Assembly (NCBI GenBank): GCA_965217585.1
Contig: OZ244561.1
Span: 4,384,001 to 4,448,000, forward strand
From: Candidatus Latescibacterota bacterium
Lineage (GTDB): Bacteria > Latescibacterota > UBA2968 > UBA8231
Direction: 5' to 3'
Length of the DNA: 64,000 bases
The position numbers and the translations under genes are program-made. Position 1 is the stretch's first letter. Each line of letters opens with the position of its first letter. Under the pieces are notes generated by a model. It ran no database searches, had not been told where the DNA came from, and saw nothing but the letters and a program-made list of their open reading frames with translations. Below, piece after piece: positions 46,782 to 57,670 of this stretch.

Positions 46782-47756
46782 TCAGTTGAGCCGCACAAAG
46801 CGCGCGGTCTGGGCGGGGTCGATCACCAGTTCCACTACCGACTCTTCGTTGGTCGTGGTCCTCAGCAGCAGCTCGAAGTCGTCGAGCTGGGGCACGAAGC
46901 GTCCGGTGCCGTCTAAGACGAGGTCTTGCCCGTCGTGGGCGAGCAACTCGAACTGGCGGATAAAATCCGTCTGAAAGGGGTACTGGGGCTCGTTCTGCAC
47001 GGTGTTGCGCGGATAGAAGCGGATGCGGTTGATGCCAATGGGGCTGCCGAGATCGAGGACGATAAAGGTGCCCAAGGCCCCAAAGGCCCCCTTGCGGGCG
47101 AACGCGTCTTCGGCCCCGCCCGGCTCGATTAGCTCCAGCAGGGTCGCCTCCAGCGCAGATGCGGGCACATCCTTGATGGCCGGTGCCGTAATGCCGCCGC
47201 CCCACCCAAGGGCGCGCTGGGCCACGTTCTCGCCGCGGGCGACGTGATCCGGGCTTAACAAGACCGGCAGGATGAGTGGATCAACGCCTGCGGAACGCAC
47301 CGGCTCTAGTGCGGCGGCGACCTGCGCCACGGCCTCGTCGAGGGGAATGTCGTCCGCAAAATCAAGGTGAATCAGAGAGAGTCCCTCGCGCTGGGAAGGC
47401 GTGATCGCCGTCGTCCCCGGCAGGGATGAGACCGCGTCTAGCAGCTTTTCTTCGGCTAGGACCAGTTCGCCAGCGAGCAGTTTGGGCGGTGCTTGGATGA
47501 GGGTTTTGACCAGTACTTGGGGGCTTACCACTGCTAGGTTGGACAGGTCGATGACGTTACCCGGTACATTGCCGACCTCGGTCGAGAACCGGCTGATCTT
47601 GTATTCGGCGGGGAGCGTCTGCACGGCGGCACCGAAGGTCTGCCCGGCCCAAGAGACGTTGCCGTTGTTGCCCACCCGCAGGGTATCGAGTGCCAGCAGG
47701 TCAGTGGCGAGCGTCAGCGCCCCCCAGAGAATGCCCAACATGAGCCGATAACCCAT
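46782..47756 (-). pseudogene. C-terminally truncated paralogue of the discoidin/FlgD secreted family, containing an AcrB-porter-like insert
   Basis: Signal peptide; LDLGSPIGINRIRFYPR and ARFVRL motifs as in 11072-13201 and 47877-49841, then an abrupt stop before the expected EIEVFG. Confidence 0.6.
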
Positions 47757-47876
47757 AAAAACCTGCCTGTTAGGAATGGATCTGCTAATATAGAACCTAG
47801 CCAAAAGAGTGCATAGCGGGTTTTTTTTACTATGTTGCATCCACGCCCTCCACCCCCTAAAAGTCGAGGTCGGGAT

Positions 47877-49841
47877 ATGTTCTTTGTTGGTCTTTTGCTC
47901 GGCGCACTGGTCGCCTCGCCGGCCCTCGCTTTCAACGCGTATAAACTCGGCGGCGAGGACGGCAATGCTTGGATGGCGGCCCTGTCCTTTGAGCCGGGCC
48001 ACTACGCGGTGCTCGACAGTGCGGGCGGACCGATTGAGATGCGGCCGGTGGCTTCCAATATCGCCTATGCCACTTGGGAAGACACGCTCAACGAAATCGT
48101 CGATGTGGACGATGGGCAGTGGATGCGCCCGTTTTTCGTGCCGCCGGATTTGAACTTGGCGCACCCCGAGGTCCGCACCCGCATTGCCCGCGGCATTTCC
48201 AACAACATCACCACCAGCGGGAGCTGCAGCGACATCTCCACCCAATTGGTGCAGGTTGCCCCCATGTTCGATGGCGACCCCAACACGGCGGCGTTTTTCA
48301 ACGTCAGCACCAGCGCAAGCAGCGGGATCCAGAGTCGGTTGTACGTCCAGAATTCGATTGTCGAGTTGGGCGTCAACTACCCGATCAATCGGATCCGCTT
48401 CTACCCGCGGCTGGGCACTACCAACCCCAAAATCGACGAGCTACTCGCGCTGATGGGAGAGCCGCGACTCGCCAGAGAAGACTTGGCCGAGGAGGATTTC
48501 ACCGAGAACTTTCTGTCCTGGTACGAGGTCTCGGCGGCCAATAGCTCCAACAACTTTGCCTCCCACTGCTATTTGAGCACCTCCGCGAACCGCTGGTTTG
48601 CCTCGATAAGCAGCCGCCGCTTGGATGCGCCCAACGATTCGCGGCTGATTACCCTGAGCAAAGAAACCGAAAATTTGGACCCGATCGTCGATATCCGCTT
48701 CCCAATCCAGCAGTTCCAGTGGGTGGCCGTGCGCCCGCTCAACCCGATTGAAAACTGGGAGATCGCCGAATTTGAGATCTTTGGCGAGGGCTTTGTCGAA
48801 CGCGCCGTGTACACCACGGCCGTGCTCGACTTTGGCACGCCCATGGCGTGGGGCAAGATCCGCTGGGCCGGCGCGTTCGAGGAGGGGTCTAATGTGATTA
48901 TCCGCACTCGCTCGGGCAGCGACCCAGATCCCAATTTGTACTGGGTGCCGAGCAACATAGAGGGCGAGCCGACGCAGCTAATCCGCAAGGAGTTTGAACG
49001 CGCCGATTTGTCTGTGCGCTTTACGACCCTCGACGAAGAAAACTGGAGCTTCTGGTCGGCACCCTACGCGCTGACGGCCGGTCAGCGCGATTCTACCGCA
49101 GAGGCGACAGAGTGGAGGGACGGCACCCCAATCCTCTCGCCCGGCCCCGAGCGCTATTTGCAAATCCAAGTCATCTTCCTGTCGAGCCTGCATCAGGCCG
49201 GCGCGCTGCGCGAGTTGGAGATTCAGTTCGCGCCGCCAGCCGCCTTAGAGGTCGTCGGGGAGATTTGGCCGCAGGACGTCTCGCGCAGCGAGAGCACGAC
49301 CTTCACCTATAGCGTGCGCCCAACCTTTGCTCCAGGCGACACGGGTTTTGATCGGCTGGAAATTTTCACGCTGACCCGCGCCGAGGCCGTGCATGCCGTG
49401 CGCGTCGATGGCGTCGCCTTGGGCAGCGACTTTCCGGTCGAAATCCTCGACGACCGCATCGTCGTGGCCCTGCCCAAGCTGGCGGGTACGGACGACACGT
49501 TCAAGCTCATTGAGGTGGAGTTCGCCGCCCACGTGGTGCGCTATGGAACCCAATTTCAAGGCTGGGTCTTCGACAGCACGGGCGCGGGCGTCAAACAGCT
49601 CATCGACCCTGGGGACGCCAACATCGACTTCCCGGGCAACTCTCTGGGGGTGCGCACCGACGAGTTGGGTGCGAATCCGCTGGCGCAAGTTCGCGTCGCG
49701 CCCAATCCATTCACCCCCAATGGCGACGGCCTCAACGACGCGGGCCAGCCGGTGCCTCCGGGCCACTACATCTACCGCATCTCACTGGACACCGACGAAG
49801 AGTCGGAGAATCGAATCGGCACTATTTCACTCATTTACTAA
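47877..49841 (+). CDS. Secreted discoidin-like protein with shortened CHU_C/FlgD C-terminus
   Basis: Signal peptide; ELGVNYPINRIRFYPR, WEIAEFEIFGEG, WSFWSAPY, PNPFTPNGDGLND. Confidence 0.8.
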   Translation: MFFVGLLLGALVASPALAFNAYKLGGEDGNAWMAALSFEPGHYAVLDSAGGPIEMRPVASNIAYATWEDTLNEIVDVDDGQWMRPFFVPPDLNLAHPEVRTRIARGISNNITTSGSCSDISTQLVQVAPMFDGDPNTAAFFNVSTSASSGIQSRLYVQNSIVELGVNYPINRIRFYPRLGTTNPKIDELLALMGEPRLAREDLAEEDFTENFLSWYEVSAANSSNNFASHCYLSTSANRWFASISSRRLDAPNDSRLITLSKETENLDPIVDIRFPIQQFQWVAVRPLNPIENWEIAEFEIFGEGFVERAVYTTAVLDFGTPMAWGKIRWAGAFEEGSNVIIRTRSGSDPDPNLYWVPSNIEGEPTQLIRKEFERADLSVRFTTLDEENWSFWSAPYALTAGQRDSTAEATEWRDGTPILSPGPERYLQIQVIFLSSLHQAGALRELEIQFAPPAALEVVGEIWPQDVSRSESTTFTYSVRPTFAPGDTGFDRLEIFTLTRAEAVHAVRVDGVALGSDFPVEILDDRIVVALPKLAGTDDTFKLIEVEFAAHVVRYGTQFQGWVFDSTGAGVKQLIDPGDANIDFPGNSLGVRTDELGANPLAQVRVAPNPFTPNGDGLNDAGQPVPPGHYIYRISLDTDEESENRIGTISLIY

Positions 49842-49887
49842 TTCGTTGCCCCTTCCCTTGTTCGCCCACTTTGAACAGAAAAATTTT

Positions 49888-51564
49888 GTGCGATGTTCGC
49901 GGCTGCTAGGCTGCGTTCTGGCGTATCTAACGTCAGCCTGTATCGCTGCCGAAGACCCGGTCGTCGCCGAGGTCGGGCCACACCAGATTACGGCCCAGCA
50001 CTTGCGGGCCTTCGTCGAGCAACTCCCGGCCGAACAGCCTAGTGAGGCGGTGGACAAGCGCCAGTACCTCCAGCTGCTCATCAATCGCTACCTCCTAGAG
50101 GCAGATAACCAGAGCCTCGATACCATTCAGGTCCAGGTTTATCGACAACATCTGGAACGCGCCCTGCCGGACTCGCTGATTCAGCGGAAAAACCAGCAGC
50201 GGGGTGCGCTGTTGAGCCAGCGCGGCGGGGCCTTCCTCAAGCAGGGCCGCCTGCGCCGGGCGCTGACCGTTCTCGCCGAGGCGACCACCTATGCCCCTAC
50301 GCTGGCGCAGACCTACTTCTACATCGGGCTGGCTCATGCCCGCCTAGACGAAAACGGGCATGCCGTACCTGCCTTTGAACGCGCCGTGGCCCTCGCCCCA
50401 GACAGGGCCGACTTTCACTACGCGCTCGGCACAGCCCTCCAGCTAGAGCACCGCTACGGGGACGCAGCCACCCGTCTTCAGCAGGCCATCGCCCTGAGAG
50501 CGGACCGTCCCCATTACTACTTTCGCTTGGGGGAAGCGCACCGATCCTTGGCGTCTTTTGATCAGGCGTTGGTCGCCTACGACGCGGCCCTCGCGCTCCA
50601 GCCAGACCACGCCGAGGCCCTATACCGACGCAGCGACCTGCTGGCCCGCAGCGGCGATTTAGAGGCCGCCGCCGCCGGTTTCAAAAGCGTCTTGGCCCTA
50701 CAGCCGGAGCACGCGGGGTCCCTCATTGGCTTGGCCGGGATACATGCCAAACAACAGCGGCATACCAAAGCCGTTGCCGCTCTCGAACAGGTACTCCACT
50801 TAGACTCGTCGAACCCCCGTCCTTACTACCTGTTGAGCCAAGCCTACGCGCAGGTGGGGCAACAGGCGGAGGCGGAGGCTGCTGCGACCGCGTTCCAGCG
50901 CCTAAGTGCAGCCGAGCGGCACTATAAGCAGGGCATCAGAAATGCCAACCAGCGCTACTGGGACCGCGCTGCTGCCCTGCTGGCGCGTGCCATAGAGATT
51001 GATTCGTCCTACGTGCAGGCGCATATCCGCTTGGCGATGGTCCGCCTGTACCAGAACGCGCAGGCAAAAGGCATATCGGCCTTAGAGCGGGCCATTGCCC
51101 TTGATCCGCACAATGTGGAAGCACATTGTCTTTTGGGCGAAGCCCACGCATCTGCTGGTCGCCCGGACTCGGCGCGCTCGTTTTTTGCCCGGGCGCTGGA
51201 CTTGGACTCTACTTCCGTGCGGGCGCACCACGGCCAGGGCAAGGCGGCATACCAAGCTGGCGATTTGCCCGCGGCGGTAGCCGCCTTCCACCGCTCCTTG
51301 GCCATCGAGCCGGACCACCGCGACAGCCACTATTTCTTGGGTCAGGTGTACGTGCAGTTGGGCGAGTACCGCAAGGCGGCACACAGTTTCCAGATGTGTA
51401 TTGAAATCGAGCCCAGCGATGTGCAGGCTCGCTACAGCGCGGGGCAGTTGTCGATGCGTCTTGGCCGCGCAGACCTCGCCCGACGCGCCTTTGAAAAAGT
51501 GCTGGAATACAACCCCGACCACGCCGAGGCGCAGGAACAACTAGCACAATTGGAGAAACAATGA
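49888..51564 (+). CDS. TPR-repeat protein with SurA/PrsA-like N-terminal fragment (start uncertain)
   Basis: DPVVAEVGPHQIT start followed by many 34-aa TPR units; ATGA overlap with the next gene. Confidence 0.75.
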   Translation: MRCSRLLGCVLAYLTSACIAAEDPVVAEVGPHQITAQHLRAFVEQLPAEQPSEAVDKRQYLQLLINRYLLEADNQSLDTIQVQVYRQHLERALPDSLIQRKNQQRGALLSQRGGAFLKQGRLRRALTVLAEATTYAPTLAQTYFYIGLAHARLDENGHAVPAFERAVALAPDRADFHYALGTALQLEHRYGDAATRLQQAIALRADRPHYYFRLGEAHRSLASFDQALVAYDAALALQPDHAEALYRRSDLLARSGDLEAAAAGFKSVLALQPEHAGSLIGLAGIHAKQQRHTKAVAALEQVLHLDSSNPRPYYLLSQAYAQVGQQAEAEAAATAFQRLSAAERHYKQGIRNANQRYWDRAAALLARAIEIDSSYVQAHIRLAMVRLYQNAQAKGISALERAIALDPHNVEAHCLLGEAHASAGRPDSARSFFARALDLDSTSVRAHHGQGKAAYQAGDLPAAVAAFHRSLAIEPDHRDSHYFLGQVYVQLGEYRKAAHSFQMCIEIEPSDVQARYSAGQLSMRLGRADLARRAFEKVLEYNPDHAEAQEQLAQLEKQ

Positions 51565-53471
51565 ACCGGCTCCTATTACTTATGGCTGCTTTTTATGGTG
51601 TGGTCGCGGTCGAGGCGCAGAGCCTCAAGCCCTTGTACGTTCCCCCCGCGATCGCCGCCCCACCCTGGATGGAAGACCGCCGGGCAGGGCAACTCGCAGC
51701 GGCGGAACAATTCGACATATTTCACCAGTTTTCTTTTTTCGACCAGATAGAACAAAGCGGTATCCGCTTCCACAACCAGATTACCGATGAGTCGGGCAAA
51801 CACTGGCTGCCAATCCACTACGACCACGGCAATGGCATCGCCGTTGCCGATGTGGATGGCGACGGTTGGCACGATCTTTACCTTGCGACGCAGGCCGGAA
51901 CTAACGAGCTATGGCGCAACTTGGGCGACGGCAAATTCGAGGATATTACGACAGCCGCGGGCGTCGGCGTAGCTGCCCCGATCGGCGTTACCGCCTCGTT
52001 CGCCGATCTAGACAACGACGGCGACCCAGACCTCTATGCCACGGTCCTCCGCGACGGCAACCGCTTGTTTGCCAACGACGGTACGGGCACCTTTGAGGAT
52101 ATTTCCGCCCAATCCGGTCTCAATTACAAGGGGCACTCCTCCGCGGCCTTGTTCTTCGACTACAACAATGACGGCTTGCTCGATGGGTTCCTCGCCAATG
52201 TTGGCAACTACACTACCGACGTGGCCACCCCGGCAACCACCTATAACGCTGACCCGCAGCACGCGATCGAATACGAGTACTACATCGGCCTAGAGGACGC
52301 CTTTGCTGGCCACCTCAAACCCGAGCGATTTGAACAAAGCATCCTGTTCAAAAACGCGGGCGACAATCGCTTTGTCGATGTATCCGCCCAAACGCGGCTG
52401 CAAGATACTAGCTGGTCCGGCGATGCCTGTGCCATAGACGCCAACGAGGATGGGTGGGTCGATCTCTACGTCCTAAACATGCAGGGCCACGACCACTACT
52501 ATGAGAATGCTGGGGGCCAATACTTCACTGACAAAAGCCGCGACCTGTTTCCCCGCACTCCTTGGGGATCCATGGGCATTAAGGGGTTCGACTACGACAA
52601 CGATGGTCGTATCGACATGCTCATCACGGATATGCACTCGGATATGAGCGAGGATATTGGGCCGGAGCAGGAGAAGCTAAAAGCCGATATGCAGTACCCC
52701 GAGGATTTTCTCCTAAGCGACGGGCACAGCATTTTCGGCAATGCGTTCTACCGCAATTTGGGCGGCGGGCACTTCAGCGAGATCTCCGATCAGATCGGCG
52801 TTGAAAACTACTGGCCGTGGGGGCTTAGCGTCGGCGATCTCAATGCCGATGGCTATGAAGATGTGTTCATCACTGCGAGTATGAATTATCCCTTCCGCTA
52901 CGGCGTCAATTCCCTGCTGTTGAATGATCGGGGGCAAACTTTCCTCGACGCGGAGTTCGTCTTGGGGGTTGAGCCGCGCCGCCAGACTGCCAAACCTTGG
53001 TTTGCGCTCGACTGCGCTGGGGTGGACCGCGGGCATATCCGCTGTGCGGGTCAGCAGGGCCACGTCGAGGTCTGGGGAGCGCCAGGTTCGCGTTCTTCGG
53101 CGATCTTCGACCTCGACGGCGACGGCGACTTGGACCTCGTTACCAACGAATTCAATGGCCCACCCCAAGTATTGATCAGCGACCTGAGCGACAAAAAGGC
53201 CCTTCGCTTTCTCAAAATTGACTTGCAAGGGGTCCGCTCAAACCGCGATGGTCTGGGTGCAATCGTGCAAGTGAAGGCTGGCGCACACACCTACACCCGA
53301 GTGCGCGACGGCAAGTCGGGCTACCTCTCGCAGAGCGCATTGCCGCTGTACTTCGGTCTAGACGATGCCGAGGTGGTGGATGCTATCGAAGTGCGCTGGC
53401 CCTCCGGTCACACCCAGATCGTTCCCGGCCCGATCGCAACGAATGCGCGGTTGGTGATCCGCGAGGAATAG
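51561..53471 (+). CDS. CRTAC1-like FG-GAP/VCBS repeat protein with ASPIC/UnbV C-terminus
   Basis: Repeated DxDxDGxxDL motifs; NRDGLGA...GYLSQ...YFGL...RWPSG. Confidence 0.9.
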   Translation: MNRLLLLMAAFYGVVAVEAQSLKPLYVPPAIAAPPWMEDRRAGQLAAAEQFDIFHQFSFFDQIEQSGIRFHNQITDESGKHWLPIHYDHGNGIAVADVDGDGWHDLYLATQAGTNELWRNLGDGKFEDITTAAGVGVAAPIGVTASFADLDNDGDPDLYATVLRDGNRLFANDGTGTFEDISAQSGLNYKGHSSAALFFDYNNDGLLDGFLANVGNYTTDVATPATTYNADPQHAIEYEYYIGLEDAFAGHLKPERFEQSILFKNAGDNRFVDVSAQTRLQDTSWSGDACAIDANEDGWVDLYVLNMQGHDHYYENAGGQYFTDKSRDLFPRTPWGSMGIKGFDYDNDGRIDMLITDMHSDMSEDIGPEQEKLKADMQYPEDFLLSDGHSIFGNAFYRNLGGGHFSEISDQIGVENYWPWGLSVGDLNADGYEDVFITASMNYPFRYGVNSLLLNDRGQTFLDAEFVLGVEPRRQTAKPWFALDCAGVDRGHIRCAGQQGHVEVWGAPGSRSSAIFDLDGDGDLDLVTNEFNGPPQVLISDLSDKKALRFLKIDLQGVRSNRDGLGAIVQVKAGAHTYTRVRDGKSGYLSQSALPLYFGLDDAEVVDAIEVRWPSGHTQIVPGPIATNARLVIREE

Positions 53472-53490
53472 GGAGCGGGCCATTTTCGCG

Positions 53491-55134
53491 CTAACGCTCC
53501 GGCTCTTCTACTGCCAAGAACTGGTTAGCGGCCACATCCTCTAAGCGCTGGACGCGGCCCGAAGGCCAGTAGATTTCGATTCGCTCGGCCGTGGTGTTCG
53601 TGCCTAAGCCGAAGTGGACGCGCCCGTCGCTGTGCGAGAGAAAGCTGCCACCGCTGATCCGCTCGGCGATCTGTTCGACCCCGCCACTGACCACGGCGAC
53701 CCGCGCCCCAATGCCATCGCGGTTGGACGCGGTGCCGACCAACCGCAGGCTCAGCCAATTGAGTTGGTTGCCGCTGTCGTTGCGCAGCAGGGACGGTGGG
53801 CCGTCGAGATTGAACACCAACAGATCCACATCCCCGTCGTTGTCGTAATCTCCTTTGGCCGCACCACGGCTGACGGCGGGGAGGCTCAAATCCCCGGCTG
53901 TGACCGAGGAGAAGCGGTAGCCCGCGGTCGGTCCCTCGTTGGCGAAGAGCTGGTTGGGTTCGGCGTACCCGTCCGGGTTCAGGTGTCGTATTTGGGGATA
54001 GACGTGACCGTTGGCGACGAAGAGGTCTTGGTCTTGGTCGTTGTCGTAATCGAGAAAGCACGTGCCAAAGGCCAAGTGGGGCAGGCTCGGCTCGGTGAGG
54101 CCGGCCGCAGCGCTGGCCACGGCAAAGGTGCCGTCGCGGCGATTGCGGTAGAGGGTGTTGTAATCGTCCTCAAAATGGGTCACCAGAAAATCCCCAAACC
54201 CGTCGCGGTCGTAATCCCCATAGGCAATGCCCATGCCGGCCTGGGCTACCCCCTCGGCGCTGAGGGCCACACCTGCCGCAACGCCAATGTCGCGGAAGGT
54301 GCCGCCCTCGTTGCGGTAGAGGAAGTTGGGCGCGGAGTCGTTGGCCACGTAGAGGTCTGGATCGCCGTCGCGGTCGTAGTCGCAAAAGAGCGCAGCAAGT
54401 CCGTAGGTCGGCTCTGCTCGTTCGACCTGGGTTTGGCCGGTGACATTGCGAAAGGTGCCGTCGCCCTCGTTGCGGTAGAGCGCGTCTTGTGCACCGGCGA
54501 GGCCGAGCGGGCCGGCGAACACGAGAACCCCCTTCCACATCCCGCCCCGAGGAGGCACGCGCTCGGGCGCAAAGTGCAGGTACTGGGCCACGTAGAGGTC
54601 GAGGTCGCCATCGCGGTCGTAGTCACCGAAGGTCGCGCTGGTGCTCCAAGCGGCTAGATCGACGCCAGCCGCTTGGCCTACCTCGCGGAAGGTGCCGCCG
54701 CCCTCGTTGTGATAGAGGGCGTTGGGGCCGTAGTTGGTCACGTAGAGGTCGCTCGCGCCGTCGTTGTCGTAGTCGCCCACGGCGCAGCCCATGCCCCACT
54801 GGGCACCGCCGCCGCCGGCCGCTTGCGTGCGGTCGTCAAACGCGCCGTTGCCTTGGTTGCGATAGAGGGCGTTGGGAGGAGCAGTGCCCCCGAGTTGGGC
54901 CCCATTGACGAGATAAATGTCGAGCCAGCCATCGCCGTCGTAGTCGAGCAATGCGCCACCGCCGCCCTTGGATTCGAGGATGTAGTTTTTGACCTGCCCG
55001 CCGGAGCGCATCTCGAAGTGGAGGCCAGAGGCGGCGGCCACTTCGGCAAAGTGTGCGGGCGCGGGCGCAGGCTTGGGCGCGGGCGCGTCGCAGGCTGCTA
55101 AAAACGCGACGCAGAGCGCGGTAAGCAGGGTCAT
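53491..55134 (-). CDS. CRTAC1-like FG-GAP/VCBS repeat lipoprotein with ASPIC/UnbV C-terminus
   Basis: Lipobox-like FLAAC; DYDNDG repeats; NRDGIGA...SFLS...HFGLG...WPSG. Confidence 0.9.
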   Translation of the reverse strand: MTLLTALCVAFLAACDAPAPKPAPAPAHFAEVAAASGLHFEMRSGGQVKNYILESKGGGGALLDYDGDGWLDIYLVNGAQLGGTAPPNALYRNQGNGAFDDRTQAAGGGGAQWGMGCAVGDYDNDGASDLYVTNYGPNALYHNEGGGTFREVGQAAGVDLAAWSTSATFGDYDRDGDLDLYVAQYLHFAPERVPPRGGMWKGVLVFAGPLGLAGAQDALYRNEGDGTFRNVTGQTQVERAEPTYGLAALFCDYDRDGDPDLYVANDSAPNFLYRNEGGTFRDIGVAAGVALSAEGVAQAGMGIAYGDYDRDGFGDFLVTHFEDDYNTLYRNRRDGTFAVASAAAGLTEPSLPHLAFGTCFLDYDNDQDQDLFVANGHVYPQIRHLNPDGYAEPNQLFANEGPTAGYRFSSVTAGDLSLPAVSRGAAKGDYDNDGDVDLLVFNLDGPPSLLRNDSGNQLNWLSLRLVGTASNRDGIGARVAVVSGGVEQIAERISGGSFLSHSDGRVHFGLGTNTTAERIEIYWPSGRVQRLEDVAANQFLAVEEPER

Positions 55135-55901
55135 GGAGAGCGGGCGCAGCGGAAGCCGATATAGGGGCTGCGTTCGACGGGCAGGACCTCAAAGCGGTTA
55201 ATGCTGCGCAGCGCCGGTCCTGGGTTGATCCACGAGCCGCCGCGCAGGACCTTGAAGCGGCCGGTCTCTGGACCTTGTGGGTCTTTGGACGGTGCCGTGG
55301 CGTAGTAGTTAGCGTCGTACCAGTCGGCGCACCATTCCCAGACATTGCCGGCCATGTCGAGTGCGCCGTACGGGCTGGCTCCTGCTGGAAAAGAGCCGAC
55401 CGGGGCCAACCCAGCATAGCCGTCTTCCGGTCCCCAGAGATTGGCGCGATCAGCGGCAAATGCCGCACCCCAGGGCCAGAGGCGGCCATCGCTGCCGCGC
55501 GCACTTTTTTCCCACTCGGCTTCGGTGGGCAGGCGTCCGCCGCGCCAAGCGCAATACGCTTGAGCATCTTGCCAGCTAACATAGACGACCGGATGGCTTG
55601 GGTCGGCTGCCGAGCCGGGGCCGTGGGGCTGACGCCAGCTAATGCTGTCGGCCTTTTCAGCCCCGCGCTTTTCCGCCTCCGTCTGGTAGCCGGTGGCCGC
55701 GACGAAGGCGGCAAAGCGGGCGTTGGTAACTTCGTAGCGGTCGATGGAAAAGGCGCTCAGATAGACTTGGTGGCTGGGCTTTTCGTCGGTGGCTCGCGGG
55801 TGATCAATGCCCATGGTGAAGGGGCCGGCCGGCACGACGACCTCTTCAGCGGCAACGGGTGCCGCCAGTAGCAGGGCCAATAGGATGCGCGAAATCCGCA
55901 T
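55131..55901 (-). CDS. Formylglycine-generating enzyme (FGE-sulfatase) family protein
   Basis: FTMG, YEVTN, RLPTEAEWE, DMAGNVWEW, LRGGSW, GFRC. Confidence 0.9.
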   Translation of the reverse strand: MRISRILLALLLAAPVAAEEVVVPAGPFTMGIDHPRATDEKPSHQVYLSAFSIDRYEVTNARFAAFVAATGYQTEAEKRGAEKADSISWRQPHGPGSAADPSHPVVYVSWQDAQAYCAWRGGRLPTEAEWEKSARGSDGRLWPWGAAFAADRANLWGPEDGYAGLAPVGSFPAGASPYGALDMAGNVWEWCADWYDANYYATAPSKDPQGPETGRFKVLRGGSWINPGPALRSINRFEVLPVERSPYIGFRCARSP

Positions 55902-55919
55902 GCGCGGCGGTGGGTGTGG

Positions 55920-57593
55920 CTAGCCCTTCTGCATCCGCGCCCAAGTGTCGCGCAAGGTGACGGTGCGGTTGAAGACGGGCGCGTCCGGCGCGTGGTCCTC
56001 GCGGTCGGCGCAGAAGTAGCCGAGCCGCTCAAACTGGCAGGAGTCCCCTGGGGCCATGTCGGCGAGGGACGGCTCTAGATAGCAAGGGTTGAGAACTTTG
56101 AGCGAATCCGGGTTGAGGTTGTCCAGCCAGGTGCCTTCGGGCGGGGCTGCGAGCGGTTTTTCGACCTTGAAGAGCCGCTCGTAGAGCCGCACCTCGGCTG
56201 GGACCGCGTGGGGGACCGAGACCCAGTGCAGGGTGGCTTTAACTTTGCGGCCGTCGGGTGCGTTGCCGCCTCGGGTGGCCGGGTCGTACGTGCAGCGCAG
56301 TTCGACAACCTCGCCGTTGTCGTCTTTGACGACCTCGGTACAGGTGATGAAATAGGCGTAGCGCAGGCGGATCTCGCGGCCTGGGGCGAGGCGAAAGAAT
56401 TTGCGCGGCGGGTCTTCCATAAAGTCCTCGCGCTCGATGTAGAGGTGCCGCGAAAAGGGGATGGAGCGGGTGCCGGCGCTTTCGTCTTCCGGGTTGTTGA
56501 TGGCCGTTAGTATCTCGCTTTGACCCTCCGGATAGTTTTCAATGACGACCTTGAGCGGGTTGAGCACGGCCATGCGCCGGGGCGCGGTCTTGTTGAGCTG
56601 GTCGCGGATGCAGTATTCGAGGAGGGAGATGTCGATGTTGTTGCCGCGACGAGCGATGCCCGTTGCGGCCCAGAAGCGGCGGATGGCTTCGGGCGGGCAG
56701 CCCAAGCGGCGCAGGCCGCGCAAGGTGTAGAGCCGAGGATCGTCCCAGCCGGACACTAGCTGTTGCTCGATGAGCGGTCGGATGTATCGCTTGGACAGGA
56801 CGGTATAGGTGATGTTGCCGCGGGCGAACTCGATTTGGCGCGAGGGGAAGATGCCGAGCTGTTGGATGAACCAATCGTACAGGGGACGATTGTTGATGAA
56901 TTCGTCTGAGCACAGCGAGTGCGTAACGCCCTCGATGGAGTCGCTTTGGCCGTGGGCCCAGTCGTAGAGCGGATAGATGCACCAGGCGTCGCCGGTGCGG
57001 TGATGGGTGGTGTGCATGATGCGATACATGACTGGGTCGCGCAGGTTGATGTTGGGCGCGGTCATGTCGATTTTGGCGCGCAACACGCGGCTGCCATCGG
57101 GGAATGCGCCGTTTTTCATCTGCTCGAAGAGGTGGAGGTTTTCCTCGATGGAGCGGTCGCGATACGGGCTGTTTTTGCCCGGTTCGTTGAGCGTGCCGCG
57201 ATTTTCCCGAATCTCGTCCGCGGTCTGGTCGTCCACGTAGGCCAAGCCCCTTTTGATGAGCACGACGGCCCATTCGTAGAGCTGGCCGAAGTAATCGGAA
57301 GCGTAGTACGGCTGCGGCCCCCAGTCGTAGCCGAGCCAGCGAATGTCCTCCTGCATGGAGTCCACGTATTCTTGCTCTTCGCGCGTGGGGTTGGTGTCGT
57401 CGTAGCGGAGGTTGCACTGGCCTTGGTAGTCGGCGGCAATGCCGAAGTTGATCGAAATGGCCTTGGCACTGCCAATGTGCAGGTACGCGTTAGGCTCTGG
57501 TGGGAAGCGGGTTATGACCCTGTCGTAGCGGCCGCTTTTGAGGTCGGCGTCGATGGCTTCGCGAATGAAGTCGCGGTTTTTGTCCGTGCTCAT
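55920..57593 (-). CDS. glnS: Glutamine--tRNA ligase
   Basis: [42 protein letters not shown]. Confidence 0.95.
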   Translation of the reverse strand: MSTDKNRDFIREAIDADLKSGRYDRVITRFPPEPNAYLHIGSAKAISINFGIAADYQGQCNLRYDDTNPTREEQEYVDSMQEDIRWLGYDWGPQPYYASDYFGQLYEWAVVLIKRGLAYVDDQTADEIRENRGTLNEPGKNSPYRDRSIEENLHLFEQMKNGAFPDGSRVLRAKIDMTAPNINLRDPVMYRIMHTTHHRTGDAWCIYPLYDWAHGQSDSIEGVTHSLCSDEFINNRPLYDWFIQQLGIFPSRQIEFARGNITYTVLSKRYIRPLIEQQLVSGWDDPRLYTLRGLRRLGCPPEAIRRFWAATGIARRGNNIDISLLEYCIRDQLNKTAPRRMAVLNPLKVVIENYPEGQSEILTAINNPEDESAGTRSIPFSRHLYIEREDFMEDPPRKFFRLAPGREIRLRYAYFITCTEVVKDDNGEVVELRCTYDPATRGGNAPDGRKVKATLHWVSVPHAVPAEVRLYERLFKVEKPLAAPPEGTWLDNLNPDSLKVLNPCYLEPSLADMAPGDSCQFERLGYFCADREDHAPDAPVFNRTVTLRDTWARMQKG

Positions 57594-57670
57594 AGCTCCT
57601 CTGTGGCTGTTGGCAGCGCAGCAAATGCAGCGAATAAAATAATAGAAGGGCAAATGGTCCTAACGGCAAG

